A DNA stretch of 61,291 nt, filler included, from Diploschistes diacapsis (taxonomy: Eukaryota), in NCBI GenBank assembly GCA_023645945.1. It is 4 parts of 4 records of this genome, joined end to end, with 100 filler letters (N's around TTAATTAATTAA, not from the genome) between each part and the next. Parts side by side here need not be neighbours in the genome. Positions count along the whole stretch, not along the records: positions 46,054 to 61,291 come from JALAIB010000564.1; 3 more parts are not named here. One strand, 5' to 3'. A program made the position numbers and the translations under genes. Positions 60,888-61,291 of this stretch are shown here, in pieces. The number at the start of each line of letters is the position of its first letter. The stretch's first letter is position 1. The notes under the pieces were generated by a model. That model saw only the letters and a list, made by a program, of their open reading frames with translations, did not search any database and was not told the origin of the DNA.

Positions 60888-61291
60888 TAGGCTGGCCGTT
60901 TCGTGCCACGGTCACTGACACGGACACTATAACAAAAAATTTCAAAACACGGACATTAACACGGACACTACAGTTAAAAATTTTAAAACATGGATATTAA
61001 TACGGATACTACATTTCCGTAAATTTATAAACACGGACACCGCAATTAAAAAATTTAAAATATTAATATTAACACGGATACTATATTATAATAAATTTAT
61101 CGAAATATTACGATAAATCTATCGAAATATCGCGGTGTAATTTTTTTAAAAAAAATAAAAGCGTAAGAAATAGGCGTGATAATTCTAAAATTATTAAAAT
61201 TAAAAAAATATTTTAAAGTGTTTCGATGAATGCACGGACACGAATACCGTAATAAAAATCTTCTCGATACGGAAACTAACACGAATATTAT
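60888..61291 (+). mobile_element. hAT-type MITE family member, left TIR plus subterminal repeats, cut by the window end
   Basis: TAGGCTGGCCGTTTCGTGCCACGG is the exact reverse complement of the right end of the 19039-19685 element. Followed by AT-rich sequence with ACACGG repeats. Confidence 0.8.

Overview
Eukaryotic DNA from a filamentous ascomycete (spliceosomal GT-AG introns with CTRAC/CTAAC branch sites, RIP-like AT-rich repeats). The window is not one locus. It is four contigs of 15260, 15251, 15242 and 15238 bp, in decreasing order of length, joined by 100-bp N/TTAATTAATTAA/N linkers, so adjacency across linkers is meaningless. Contig 1 (1-15260): C2H2 zinc-finger protein, a small orphan protein with possible lipid anchors at both ends, cyanase, and a secreted GH47 alpha-1,2-mannosidase. 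Contig 2 (15361-30611) is the most interesting. It holds a compact putative labdane-related diterpenoid gene cluster: a methyltransferase-fold protein with a degenerate SAM motif, a cytochrome P450, a DHA2-type MFS exporter, and an apparently intronless bifunctional class II/class I (CPS/KS-like) diterpene synthase. The cluster lies next to a PTH11-like receptor and a tRNA-like relic. It is bracketed by solo LTRs, a hAT-type MITE and diverged direct repeats. Contig 3 (30712-45953): MCM4 (3'-truncated), a RIP-degraded element, a Chs4/Skt5-like chitin synthase activator, Hop2 and a CCCH zinc-finger protein. Contig 4 (46054-61291): DBP10, a TRP/Yvc1-like channel, a MATE transporter, a DUF202 protein, RPA2 and further MITE copies. 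All calls come from reading motifs by eye; no database searches were run.
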